NCBI GenBank assembly: GCA_045863295.1
Contig: BTWA01000009.1
Location: 64,001 to 128,000, forward strand
Length of the DNA: 64,000 bases
Source: Candidatus Hydrogenedentota bacterium
GTDB taxonomy: Bacteria > Hydrogenedentota > Hydrogenedentia > Hydrogenedentales > SLHB01
Direction: 5' to 3'
The translations under genes and the position numbers were made by a program. Positions 1 to 8,916 of this stretch are shown here, piece by piece. Every line of letters starts with the position of its first letter. Position 1 is the stretch's first letter. A model generated the notes under the pieces. The model did no database searches and was not told the origin of the DNA. It saw only the letters and a program-made list of their open reading frames with translations.

Positions 1-2172
1 GTTGTTGCCGGAGATGGCGGTTTCGCCGGTGAGGCATTCCCAGAAGACGAGGCCGAGGGAGTAGATGTCGGAACGGGCATCGGCGTCTTTGCCGAGGACT
101 TGTTCGGGGGCCATGAAACTGGGGGTGCCCATGATGACGCCTTGTTGGGTCATGCGGGAGTCTTCGGCTTTGGCGAGGCCGAAGTCGGTGAGTTTGACGA
201 GTCCGCCTTTGGCGAGGAGGATGTTTTCGGGTTTGATGTCGCGGTGGACGATGCCGGCGTCGTGTATGGCGGCCAGGGCGTTGCAGGCCTGTCCGATGAT
301 GTTGATGGCTTCGCGGGGGGGCAGGCCGGCCTTTCGCATGGACAGGTGTTTTTGCAGGTTGGGGCCTTCGATGAATTCCATGGCGATGTAGGCTTTGCCG
401 ACGCTGGCGCTGATGTCGTAGATGGCGATGATGTTGGGGTGCGAAATCTTCGCGGCCGTGCGGGCTTCGCGGATGAATCGCTGGCGGAATTCATCGGAGT
501 TGTCGACAAGATTGCCGATGAATTTTAACGCTACGGGCCGGTCGAGTTGGGTGTCGCGGGCCATGTAGACGACGCCCATGCCTCCGCGTCCGAGTTCCTT
601 GTCGAGGACGTAGCGTCCGCCGAGGGAGGTCTGGACGGTGGTCATCAGTTGCGTGCCGGGATCGGCAGAGGCGGGTTGCGGGCCGCCGCCGGAAATGGAG
701 CCGCTGGGTCCGGCGGTCATCTGACCGCTTAGCTGGGCCTGCATGGAGATGCGCGAGGCGACGCTGGAGAGACGTTGAGAGACATCGCGAAACGAGCGGT
801 TGACGGCGCCGATCTTGAGCAGGATTTCCTTGGACTTATCGAGCTTGCCGAGCTGTTCGTAGGCGAGCGCGAGCATGTACCAGTATTCGATGTTGTTGGT
901 TTCCACGCGTTTGTTCGTGAGGTGGTTTTCGAGCGTGGCGGCGCAATGTTCGTAGTCGTGCGTTTCCCAGAAGCAGCGGCCGAGCAGCGCGCGCGAAGTG
1001 TCGAAGGTGGAATCCGTTTCCGGGATTTTCTGGAGCACCTTGATGCCGGCTTCGTAGCGCGTGGCCTGGGCGTATGCGAGACCGGCGCGGGCAAAATCAC
1101 CAGCCTTTTCAAAACACTCGGCGGCGCGCAGCGGGTCGGCGGCTTTGGAGAAGCACTCGCCGGCCTTGAGGATGTCGCCGGATTGGACAAAGGCCATGGC
1201 GGCTTCTTTCCACTGGCTCTTCATTTCGTGGTAGCGGCCGACGATGCGGGAGGCTTCCTTGGTTTTTCCGGCGGCCTTCATGCATTCGGCGGCTTCTTCC
1301 AGTTTGCCTGCGAGCACGAACACTTCGCCTGCACGCACGAGATCGCCGGCTTCCTTGAAGAGCGCGGCGGCGAGATCGAACTTTTTCGATTTTTCGAAGC
1401 GTTGGGCAAGGTGTGGCTGCAATTGTTTGAGCACATCCGCGGGCACTTTTTCCTTGGCGGCGTCGTTGGCCAGCATGGCGAAGCATTCTTCGGCGGCAAC
1501 GACCTGTTCTTCCACGGCATCCGTCGGATTCGAGAAATAGTCGAGGTAGACTTCGGCGGCCTCGCGGTATTTGGCGGCCTTCCGGTAGGCGGATGCGGAG
1601 AGGGCCTTGCGTCCGGCTTGGGCGTAGGCCTTGGCGGATTCGAAATGCTTGCCGCATTCGCCAAAAAGACGGCCGGCGGTTTCAAAGTCGCCTTCCTTCA
1701 AAAGCAGTTTCGCGGCCTTGGCGGTATACCCGGCCAGGGCGAGTTCGCGGGCGGACTCACGCTTTTGTCCGGCTTTCTTGTACCACTTGGCGGCATCCTT
1801 GTGGCGGTTGACGGAGGCGTAGGCCTTTGCGACGCCGAGGTAGTTTCGTTCGCCTTTCAGGCGCTTTACCGTGCCTTCGAGGTTCTGCGCCGCCTCCAGG
1901 TTCTGAACGAAATCCTGGCCCGCGGGCGCGCCACCCCCCGACGCACCGAGTGCGCGAATGTCGCGGCCATCCGCGAGGCGATTGCGGTTCATCAGGTTCG
2001 AGACGATATCCCATACTTTCGATAAGACGCTTTTCAGGATGTACAGCAGAATCAGCGTCAGTACGAGTTTCGTGATGAAGACGACAATGTCGCTGGCCGG
2101 CAGGCCAAATCGCAGGAGGATATTGACCGGAATATTGAGGATGCCGTTCCAGTACCAAGTGATAAGGCCCAT
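1..2172 (-). CDS. Membrane-anchored Ser/Thr protein kinase with TPR/SNAP-like repeats (3' end beyond window)
   Basis: Absent from the ORF track because no stop lies in the window. Manual minus-strand translation from ATG 2172 (MGLITWYWNG..., hydrophobic N-terminus) is in frame with Hanks motifs VHRDIKPENILL, LTDFGLA, GTPSFMAPEQ and DARSDIYSLG at 60-260. The middle has Ala-rich helical repeats. Confidence 0.9.
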   Translation of the reverse strand, partial: MGLITWYWNGILNIPVNILLRFGLPASDIVVFITKLVLTLILLYILKSVLSKVWDIVSNLMNRNRLADGRDIRALGASGGGAPAGQDFVQNLEAAQNLEGTVKRLKGERNYLGVAKAYASVNRHKDAAKWYKKAGQKRESARELALAGYTAKAAKLLLKEGDFETAGRLFGECGKHFESAKAYAQAGRKALSASAYRKAAKYREAAEVYLDYFSNPTDAVEEQVVAAEECFAMLANDAAKEKVPADVLKQLQPHLAQRFEKSKKFDLAAALFKEAGDLVRAGEVFVLAGKLEEAAECMKAAGKTKEASRIVGRYHEMKSQWKEAAMAFVQSGDILKAGECFSKAADPLRAAECFEKAGDFARAGLAYAQATRYEAGIKVLQKIPETDSTFDTSRALLGRCFWETHDYEHCAATLENHLTNKRVETNNIEYWYMLALAYEQLGKLDKSKEILLKIGAVNRSFRDVSQRLSSVASRISMQAQLSGQMTAGPSGSISGGGPQPASADPGTQLMTTVQTSLGGRYVLDKELGRGGMGVVYMARDTQLDRPVALKFIGNLVDNSDEFRQRFIREARTAAKISHPNIIAIYDISASVGKAYIAMEFIEGPNLQKHLSMRKAGLPPREAINIIGQACNALAAIHDAGIVHRDIKPENILLAKGGLVKLTDFGLAKAEDSRMTQQGVIMGTPSFMAPEQVLGKDADARSDIYSLGLVFWECLTGETAISGNN

Positions 2173-2314
2173 GCGCGCGTCCCTTGTCCCCGAAGATTGT
2201 GCCCACAACGTTAGCCGTATAGTACGAAAAATCACGCGGGTCAACAAGGTGCGGACTTGGATGCGGCCAAGAGTACTTCGGGATCGGCAGGCGGTGCGGG
2301 ATATCGCACCCGTT

Positions 2315-4660
2315 TCAGGCCCGGTTTTTGGCGGCGCGGCTGGGCGTCAAGGTGAGTAGGACAAACCGGTCGTCCTGAAGAAGACGTTTTTCGACGGTTT
2401 CTGGCGAGAGTTGCATGGCGCGCTGGAGCGTGTCGCGCGATCGCTGGATTTCGCCCAATTGGGCGTATGCGGCAGCGCACTCGTAGTGGGAGTCCACGTC
2501 TTTTTGGTCCAGTGCGGACAGAATGGTATAGCCGCGGGCGAGGGTGGCGAATTCTCCGGCTTCCCAGAGCGCGGCGATGACCGCGCTGTCGTCCGCCGCC
2601 GGCGGGCTTTCCGTCTCATTCATGCGGGAGTCAATGACCTTCTGAAACGCCAATTCCAATTGGCGCGTATCGTCGTCCGCCTTCATGGCGGCAAGGAATT
2701 CGGCCGGGTCGTTTCCTTGAGGCAACCGCCGCAGGCATTGTTCGGCATATTTCAACGCGTCGTCCTGTTTGCCGAGGCGCGTGGATGCCAACGCCACCAG
2801 GCGCCAGGTATCCGGGCTATCCGGCTGCATGGATAACGCAATTCTCGCATACTCGACGGCCTTGGCGGGTTCGGCTTGGTGCCGGAACGCGCCGGAGAGG
2901 GGCTTCAAGACATCGCAGAGGGCGGCTGCCAGATCAGGGTCGCTGTTGGCAAGGCTATCCAAGTGCACCCGCTCAAGGTCACCCGCGAACGAGCGGGGTT
3001 CCGAGTCCGGCAGACGCGGGTACACGAGAATGCCTCCGCGAATCTGGGCGCGGCGCAGGAGCCAAGGGGAGGACACTCCTGCAAAGCAGACCGGTCGGTC
3101 TGGGAAGTGGGTGAGAATGACATCCCATAGTAGGGGGTCGGGTTCGTGTCCTGGGTCTGCGGGGGGCGGCGCCGGTTCCGGGGAGTCTTGTGCAAACCGG
3201 ACCGGAGTCAACGCAGGCCGGACTTCGGCGCCTTGTTCCTTTTGATATTGGGAGACGATGTCCAGCGGGGCGTTCATGGCCAGGAGCGACACGTCTTCGC
3301 GGATGCCGTGGCCGCGCTGGGCCGTCACCAGGAGGGAGCCCAGTCTTGGCGAGCCTACCACGAGGACGGCATTCTCGGGGCAGGAATCCAGAATTGAGCG
3401 GGCTATCGTGACGGGTGCAGGCCCTCGGCGAATAATGCCGTCCCTCCATTGAAAGAACAGGGTAGCTGTGCCCACGAGTAGCAAGAGCAACGGACCGATA
3501 GATCGATGCAGCCGTTGGGTATTCACTTTGGAGCATAGAAAACCCAGGGCGGCGGAGGCAGATACTGAGGTCATGGCCAGGAGTATCAGCGTGGGGGCGT
3601 TCGAGTCCGGTACGAACGGGGAGTGTACGGGATTCGTGAGAAATGGGTAGAGGGGTCCCATCATGAGGAAAATGCAGGCGGCCAAGAGCATTGCGGGACG
3701 CAGTGACCGAGAAGCCGCCGTTAGCAATCCCGCCGCTGTAAGTACCAATACCGGCAGGGACAATTCCCGGAGAAGCAGGGGGCCAAAGACCCAAGTGGGT
3801 TCCGCGCCCCAAAGCAATGGCGTGGGTCCCTGAGACCATTGCAGCACGGCAAGTTGCAGGGGAATGTTGTTGTAGGCCTGGATGAGCGGATAAACCGCGC
3901 ATCCCAGGAAGAATGCAACGGCCATGGTCACTGCAACCAGGAAGACACGGTTACTTGCGGAGGGCCGGGACAACGCGTAGACAATCGCCGGGACAAACAG
4001 CCATGCCGTTCCCGGGTGGTTCACCGCCGAAAGCCCGAGGAGTAAACCGGATACCGCCAACATGGGCAATCTCTGCGGATCACGAATGATGAACAAGATA
4101 GCCCAAGCCGCGGTTACCAGGAGCAATGTGAGGCTGTCGGGACCGGGCGCGGTCGCCGCGTATATCCAGGTCGGGCACAGCCCCGCCGCGAGACCGCCGA
4201 TGACCCCGGCGAACAGGGCCTCCCACCGGCGGGTCATTCGCGAAAGGAGGCCGGCGATACCGGCGGCCAGGAATCCCGCGGCGGCCGCTACAGCCAAGGC
4301 ATTCAGGAGATTCAACCGGGCCAGGTGCGCCGCCGAAGATGATTCAGGGCCGGTGGGCACGAATACGGCGGTTAGGACCCCCATCCCGGCCGGCGTCGAG
4401 CCGGTCAGCAGCGAGCCCATCCACTCAGAGGCCGAGACGTTATCGGGGACGCGCCCTTTGTATTCCGCGGCCAGAAGGCCCCATACGACAATTCCCGCAA
4501 CAGCCGCTGCCCTGAGGGATGGGTGCCTTGGTGCATTTTCAGGGCTTTTAGCAGACGAGTCCGTCGCCCAGCCTTCGATTTCCTCGATAGGGTTGGGTTC
4601 GTAGGCGGGCTCCGCCATTTCGGCAGCTGCCGTGGGGATATCAGCTTGATTGTTTTGCAC
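2315..4660 (-). CDS. Multi-TM membrane protein, DUF2723/GT-C-like, with C-terminal TPR repeats
   Basis: 781-aa ORF with about 10 hydrophobic segments, 'GLLLGLSAVNH' and 'ILDSCPENAVLVV' resembling DUF2723 proteins, and C-terminal TPR-like helices. Confidence 0.65.
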   Translation of the reverse strand: MQNNQADIPTAAAEMAEPAYEPNPIEEIEGWATDSSAKSPENAPRHPSLRAAAVAGIVVWGLLAAEYKGRVPDNVSASEWMGSLLTGSTPAGMGVLTAVFVPTGPESSSAAHLARLNLLNALAVAAAAGFLAAGIAGLLSRMTRRWEALFAGVIGGLAAGLCPTWIYAATAPGPDSLTLLLVTAAWAILFIIRDPQRLPMLAVSGLLLGLSAVNHPGTAWLFVPAIVYALSRPSASNRVFLVAVTMAVAFFLGCAVYPLIQAYNNIPLQLAVLQWSQGPTPLLWGAEPTWVFGPLLLRELSLPVLVLTAAGLLTAASRSLRPAMLLAACIFLMMGPLYPFLTNPVHSPFVPDSNAPTLILLAMTSVSASAALGFLCSKVNTQRLHRSIGPLLLLLVGTATLFFQWRDGIIRRGPAPVTIARSILDSCPENAVLVVGSPRLGSLLVTAQRGHGIREDVSLLAMNAPLDIVSQYQKEQGAEVRPALTPVRFAQDSPEPAPPPADPGHEPDPLLWDVILTHFPDRPVCFAGVSSPWLLRRAQIRGGILVYPRLPDSEPRSFAGDLERVHLDSLANSDPDLAAALCDVLKPLSGAFRHQAEPAKAVEYARIALSMQPDSPDTWRLVALASTRLGKQDDALKYAEQCLRRLPQGNDPAEFLAAMKADDDTRQLELAFQKVIDSRMNETESPPAADDSAVIAALWEAGEFATLARGYTILSALDQKDVDSHYECAAAYAQLGEIQRSRDTLQRAMQLSPETVEKRLLQDDRFVLLTLTPSRAAKNRA

Positions 4661-5133
4661 GACGCTTTGACCCGGACTGACGCCTAGGATTTACTATAGC
4701 ATACAAGGGGTTAGTGTTGACTATTTGATTGACATAAGTTGAAGCGTCCTGGGGAATTCTCTATAACCGTTGTCAGCGCCCTGTGTTCGGGGGATGCGAC
4801 CGACGACCACCGCCATATTGTAATTGAGAGGTGGTTCAGAGTATTGTGTCTCGCCCCCGCACTGGGAGTGGTTTGTGCGGGTGGGCACTGTTGACGGGCA
4901 TTGCATTTTCCGCCCGTTGAGGGTGAGTATAGTGCGACGGAAGCGGCGTTTGCCCGCGGGCGTGTTGCAACGCCTGGGCCACATCCGTAATGAGTGCGTG
5001 GGGAAGTCTCACCGGATGCGACGAAGTGCCTTTGAGCATGGGTCGTTCGCGTACAGTTGCCTGGCGATCGTACATGTTGGAGTACGGCGGGGTGGGTCTG
5101 GGGTAATCACAACCACCGAAAGGTACTAATGGC

Positions 5134-5859
5134 TTGCGCTACGCACTGATCTCCGATATTCACGCCAACCTCGATGCACTCAATGCGGTGTTGGCCCGTA
5201 TCGAAACGATTGGGGTGGACCAGATAGTCTGCCTGGGGGACGCGGTTGGATACAACGCGAATCCCGATGAGTGCATTAATATCCTCCGAGAGCGCAATAT
5301 CCCTACCATTTGCGGCAATCATGACGCCGTGGCGTGTGGCTTGGAAGAGCCTTACGGTTTCAACCCCGTTGCTTTTTCGGCGGTCATGTGGACGCGGGAG
5401 CATATCAGCCCGGATAACCTGAAGTGGTTGCACGATTTGCCCGTGAATCTGACGTTTGACCATTTTCTGGCGGCGCACGGTTCGCCCACGGATCGGGACT
5501 GTTACATGTTTACGTGGGAGGACATTTTGCCGCACATGACCTATCTGGAAGAGCGGAATCTTCAGGTATGTTTTTTCGGACATACGCATAGTCCTGGTAT
5601 CTTTTCGTCGGACGGGACGTACACCGTTGACGATGACTCCCGATTCGCCCTGGGCGATGGGAAACTCTTTTTCATCAATCCGGGTTCGGTAGGCCAGCCT
5701 CGCGACGGCGATTCTCGCGCGTCATTCGGCTTGTTTGACTCGGAGAGCAAGGTGTTCGAGTTGGTTCGTCAGGAATACGACATTGATCAGGCCGCGCAGC
5801 GGATAGTGGACGCGGAGTTGCCACCGTTTCTGGCGGAACGGTTGTACCTCGGGCGGTAA
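5134..5859 (+). CDS. Metallophosphoesterase (calcineurin-like, YfcE/Metallophos_2 family)
   Basis: Motifs SDIHAN, LGDAVGY, GNHD, HGSP, GHTH and NPGSVGQPRDG. Confidence 0.92.
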   Translation: MRYALISDIHANLDALNAVLARIETIGVDQIVCLGDAVGYNANPDECINILRERNIPTICGNHDAVACGLEEPYGFNPVAFSAVMWTREHISPDNLKWLHDLPVNLTFDHFLAAHGSPTDRDCYMFTWEDILPHMTYLEERNLQVCFFGHTHSPGIFSSDGTYTVDDDSRFALGDGKLFFINPGSVGQPRDGDSRASFGLFDSESKVFELVRQEYDIDQAAQRIVDAELPPFLAERLYLGR

Positions 5860-5919
5860 TCGCCCGCATTGGACCGTGGCCCCAGGATTTTGGCGGGCGC
5901 GCGGTTTGGAAACGGAGTC

Positions 5920-6519
5920 ATGGGTAAGCAACGCATTGGAAACATCGACCGCAAGACCGCGGAAACACAGATCAAGCTTCGCCTCGCGCTGGATGGCCAA
6001 GGCACGTCCAAGTTGAAGACCGGCATTGGTTTTTTCGATCACATGTTGACGCACATTGCCAAGCACGGGCATTTGGACCTTTCGGTGGATGCCAAGGGCG
6101 ACCTTGAAGTTGATGCCCACCACACGGTGGAAGACGTGGGCATTTGCTTTGGCAAGGCGTTGCTGGAAGCGCTGGGCGACTGCAAGGGCATAGTGCGGTA
6201 TGGGCATGCACTCGTTCCCATGGACGAAGTGCTTGCCGAGGCGGCGATCGATTTCAGCGGCCGTCCTTACCTTGGCTTTCACGCGGACATGCCGGTGGGC
6301 CGGGTAGGCGAATTCGATACGGAATTGACCCAGGAATTTTTTCGCGCGGTGGCTTCGAATGCGCGCTGCACGTTGCATTTGACGTTGCGGCACGGGGGAA
6401 ACGCGCACCACTGCATCGAGGGGCTTTTCAAGGCGTTTGCGCGGGCGCTGGACCAGGCGGTTTCGATTGATCCGCGGGTGACCGGCGTTCCGTCGACCAA
6501 GGGCATGTTGGAAGTGTAG
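5920..6519 (+). CDS. hisB: Imidazoleglycerol-phosphate dehydratase (monofunctional)
   Basis: TGIGFFDHML, DAHHTVED, PMDE, NAHHCIE and PSTKG. ATG 5920 follows GGAG. Confidence 0.97.
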   Translation: MGKQRIGNIDRKTAETQIKLRLALDGQGTSKLKTGIGFFDHMLTHIAKHGHLDLSVDAKGDLEVDAHHTVEDVGICFGKALLEALGDCKGIVRYGHALVPMDEVLAEAAIDFSGRPYLGFHADMPVGRVGEFDTELTQEFFRAVASNARCTLHLTLRHGGNAHHCIEGLFKAFARALDQAVSIDPRVTGVPSTKGMLEV

Positions 6520-6561
6520 CCCGGGGCATTGCGCGCACAACGAATTGGGAACCACGCCGTT

Positions 6562-7392
6562 ATGATTAAACATTTGCTCGTTCCGACGGACGGAAGCGAC
6601 CGGGCGACGACCGCCATTCGATATGCCACGGCGGTGGCCAAACAGTACGGGGCCAAGATCCACGGGCTGCATGTGGTGGACGTCCGTCTTTTGGAGGGGC
6701 CGATCCTTCGGGATGTATCCGCCTCGCTGGGCACCGCTCCCTACGCGAACTACCAGGGCAATATCAGTATGATTCTCGAAGAGCGCGGCAAGGCGGCGCT
6801 CGAAGTCGTACGGAAGGCATGCGAAGAGCAGGGCGTGCCCGTGGAACTGCATCTGGAGACCGGTCTGGTCGTTCGCACCATTGTGGAAAGCGCGACCTTG
6901 ACCGATCTCGTCATTTTGGCCCGTAGCGGGGAACATTCGGAATGGCTCGAAGGCGTGCTCGGATCGACGACCAGTTCCGTAGTCCGCCGGTCCGAACGGC
7001 CAGTGTTGATCACGGGCATTGAGACGCCGGGGCGAAATGCCTTTTTGCTGGCCTACGACGGGTCCAGCCATGCCCGGCGCGCGCTGCAAATCGCGGCCGA
7101 CGTGAGCCGGGACTGGTCTGTGCCGTTACATCTGCTGCTCGTGGGCGAAGACCATGCGACGGTGTGGTTGGATGAGGCCAAGAGCTATTTGGACCCCCAT
7201 GGCGTATCGTTCGAGTACACAGTCAGAAACGGGGATCCGAGCGAGACGATTGTGGAGCATGCCCGGGAAATTGGGGCTGATTTATTGATTATGGGCGCGT
7301 TTGGACACAGCAAGGTGCGGGAGTGGGTGGTAGGCAGCACCACCGCTTATGTGATGAACAAGGTGCATTGTCCGGTCCTGCTGACACGCTGA
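6562..7392 (+). CDS. Universal stress protein, tandem Usp domains
   Basis: LLVPTDGS...LGSTT..VVR..RPVL, then LLAYDGS...DLLIMGAFGHS...VGSTT...CPVL. Confidence 0.92.
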   Translation: MIKHLLVPTDGSDRATTAIRYATAVAKQYGAKIHGLHVVDVRLLEGPILRDVSASLGTAPYANYQGNISMILEERGKAALEVVRKACEEQGVPVELHLETGLVVRTIVESATLTDLVILARSGEHSEWLEGVLGSTTSSVVRRSERPVLITGIETPGRNAFLLAYDGSSHARRALQIAADVSRDWSVPLHLLLVGEDHATVWLDEAKSYLDPHGVSFEYTVRNGDPSETIVEHAREIGADLLIMGAFGHSKVREWVVGSTTAYVMNKVHCPVLLTR

Positions 7393-7565
7393 GACTGGAA
7401 ATTTGGGGAGGTCCGCGGGTTTATTTTTTTCTGTGCCCCATTCCCGTAGAATACTGCGGAAACTGGAGGCTGGGGTGTGTGCCGGATACGAGGGGCCCAA
7501 TCAAGGCCAGCCGCCTCTCCCCGCCGACCTGCATTTCAATCCGCTGATGAAAGGCCTGGATTTTC

Positions 7566-8441
7566 ATGATTCGATCCAAAGTGGTGGAAAAAGTTGTTGA
7601 GCGTACCGGCGATCTTCCGGCTATGCCGGAGTTGGTGGCCGAAGTATTGCGACTGACGGACGATCCGCTCACGGATATGAGTGAGGTGAGCGAGGTGCTG
7701 GAACGCGATCCGGCATTGACAGCCAAGATTCTGCGTATCAGCAACTCGCCGTACTACGGCATGAAGCAGTATGTGGGAACACTCAAACTTGCTTTGGTGA
7801 TTCTGGGCGTTCGCGAAGTTCGCAACATTGTGCTGGGCGTATCGGTATTTGATGCTTTGAAAGACGATCGCGTCGGCGGATTCGGGGTGAAAGAGTACCT
7901 GAACCACTCGTTTCTCGTGGGTGGACTCTCCAAGGCGCTTGCAATTCGTTTGCGATCAGGCGTGCAGGGCGAAGCGTTTGTTGCGGGTCTGCTACATGAC
8001 ATGGGCAAGCTGATCATGATCAAGCAATTGCGGGACGACTACGTGAAAATTTTGAAGGCGACCGGAGGATCCGGGGCGATTCTGTGCGTTTCGGAGATCG
8101 CCAAATTCGGATTTTCCCATAGCCATGCGGCGGCCGCGCTGGCCATACGCTGGAATTTTCCCGAGACGCTCGCGGACTCGCTGCTCTATCATCACCCAGC
8201 GGAAGGCATGAGCCTTTCGCAGGCCAAAGATCCCCAATTGGCCGCAGTTGTCCGGATCGCAAACTTGTGCGCTCATGACGAGTTTTCCGGTGAAGATGGC
8301 GCGCCGTTTCTTGCGGGTGAAGATACCGAGGCGTGGGAGATACTTGACGCGACCCCAGATCCGCTGCCTCCCGCCACGCGATACACCGCGCTCGCGGGAT
8401 TGCGGCAGGAATTAAAAGACTCTTCACCTCCAAGTTTCTAG
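7566..8441 (+). CDS. HDOD domain signal-transduction protein
   Basis: LPAMP, DPALTAKILRISNSPYYG, AGLLHDMGK, WNFP and YHH. Confidence 0.92.
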   Translation: MIRSKVVEKVVERTGDLPAMPELVAEVLRLTDDPLTDMSEVSEVLERDPALTAKILRISNSPYYGMKQYVGTLKLALVILGVREVRNIVLGVSVFDALKDDRVGGFGVKEYLNHSFLVGGLSKALAIRLRSGVQGEAFVAGLLHDMGKLIMIKQLRDDYVKILKATGGSGAILCVSEIAKFGFSHSHAAAALAIRWNFPETLADSLLYHHPAEGMSLSQAKDPQLAAVVRIANLCAHDEFSGEDGAPFLAGEDTEAWEILDATPDPLPPATRYTALAGLRQELKDSSPPSF

Positions 8442-8482
8442 TTCGCCAAATTAGCCATGATTGGCCTGTTCAGGGTGGCAGT

Positions 8483-8716
8483 ATGACATTCAAGAAGATT
8501 AATAAGGTTGAACTGAAACGCCGAGAGGACTTGCAGGACATCGACACTGAGTTGGATGCCGCGCTGCAGCACTTGGATTCCGCTGTGGAGAACATTGGAC
8601 GGTTGCTTGAGACCATCGAGAAGGTTGGTACTCAGGGAGTTTTTGCCGAATTGCCGGATGAGGGAGAGGTGGTTCCGGAGGCGTCGAGCACGACTCCAGA
8701 GGGGACGCCTTCCTGA
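8483..8716 (+). CDS. Hypothetical 77-aa acidic, coiled-coil-like protein
   Basis: Fills the gap after the HDOD gene on the same strand; heptad-like pattern; no family recognised. Confidence 0.55.
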   Translation: MTFKKINKVELKRREDLQDIDTELDAALQHLDSAVENIGRLLETIEKVGTQGVFAELPDEGEVVPEASSTTPEGTPS

Positions 8717-8855
8717 TTTTGTTTTTGAGTATTCTTCATCTGATTTCCCGGTGATACCACTATTCACACCCGGGTCCGTTTCTTCCTTTTTGTTTCAATT
8801 GTGTTGTGTTTTTAGTATATAACACATTGAAATTAGGCAGTTTATGAAATTAGTT

Positions 8856-8884
8856 TTGTTGATTGGGAGTGGTCGTGCTATAGT
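8856..8884 (+). promoter_or_regulatory. Putative sigma70 promoter with extended -10
   Basis: TTGTTG-N17-TATAGT with TG at -15/-14, 32 nt upstream of ATG 8917 and its AAGGAGG RBS. Confidence 0.5.
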
Positions 8885-8916
8885 GAGATTGGGGTAGGGT
8901 GCGAAAGGAGGCGGGT

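Noticed and set aside
775..2025. 416-aa plus-strand ORF (and 65-528 ORFs)
   Set aside because: Antisense shadow of the minus-strand kinase gene, which carries the recognisable motifs.
4661..5133. Intergenic ORFs or a structured RNA between divergent genes
   Set aside because: The short ORFs lack RBS and motifs; only a modest inverted repeat near 4891-4920 is present; best read as a divergent promoter region.
5722..7089. 455-aa minus-strand ORF
   Set aside because: Antisense to hisB and usp; no motifs; expected in GC-rich DNA.
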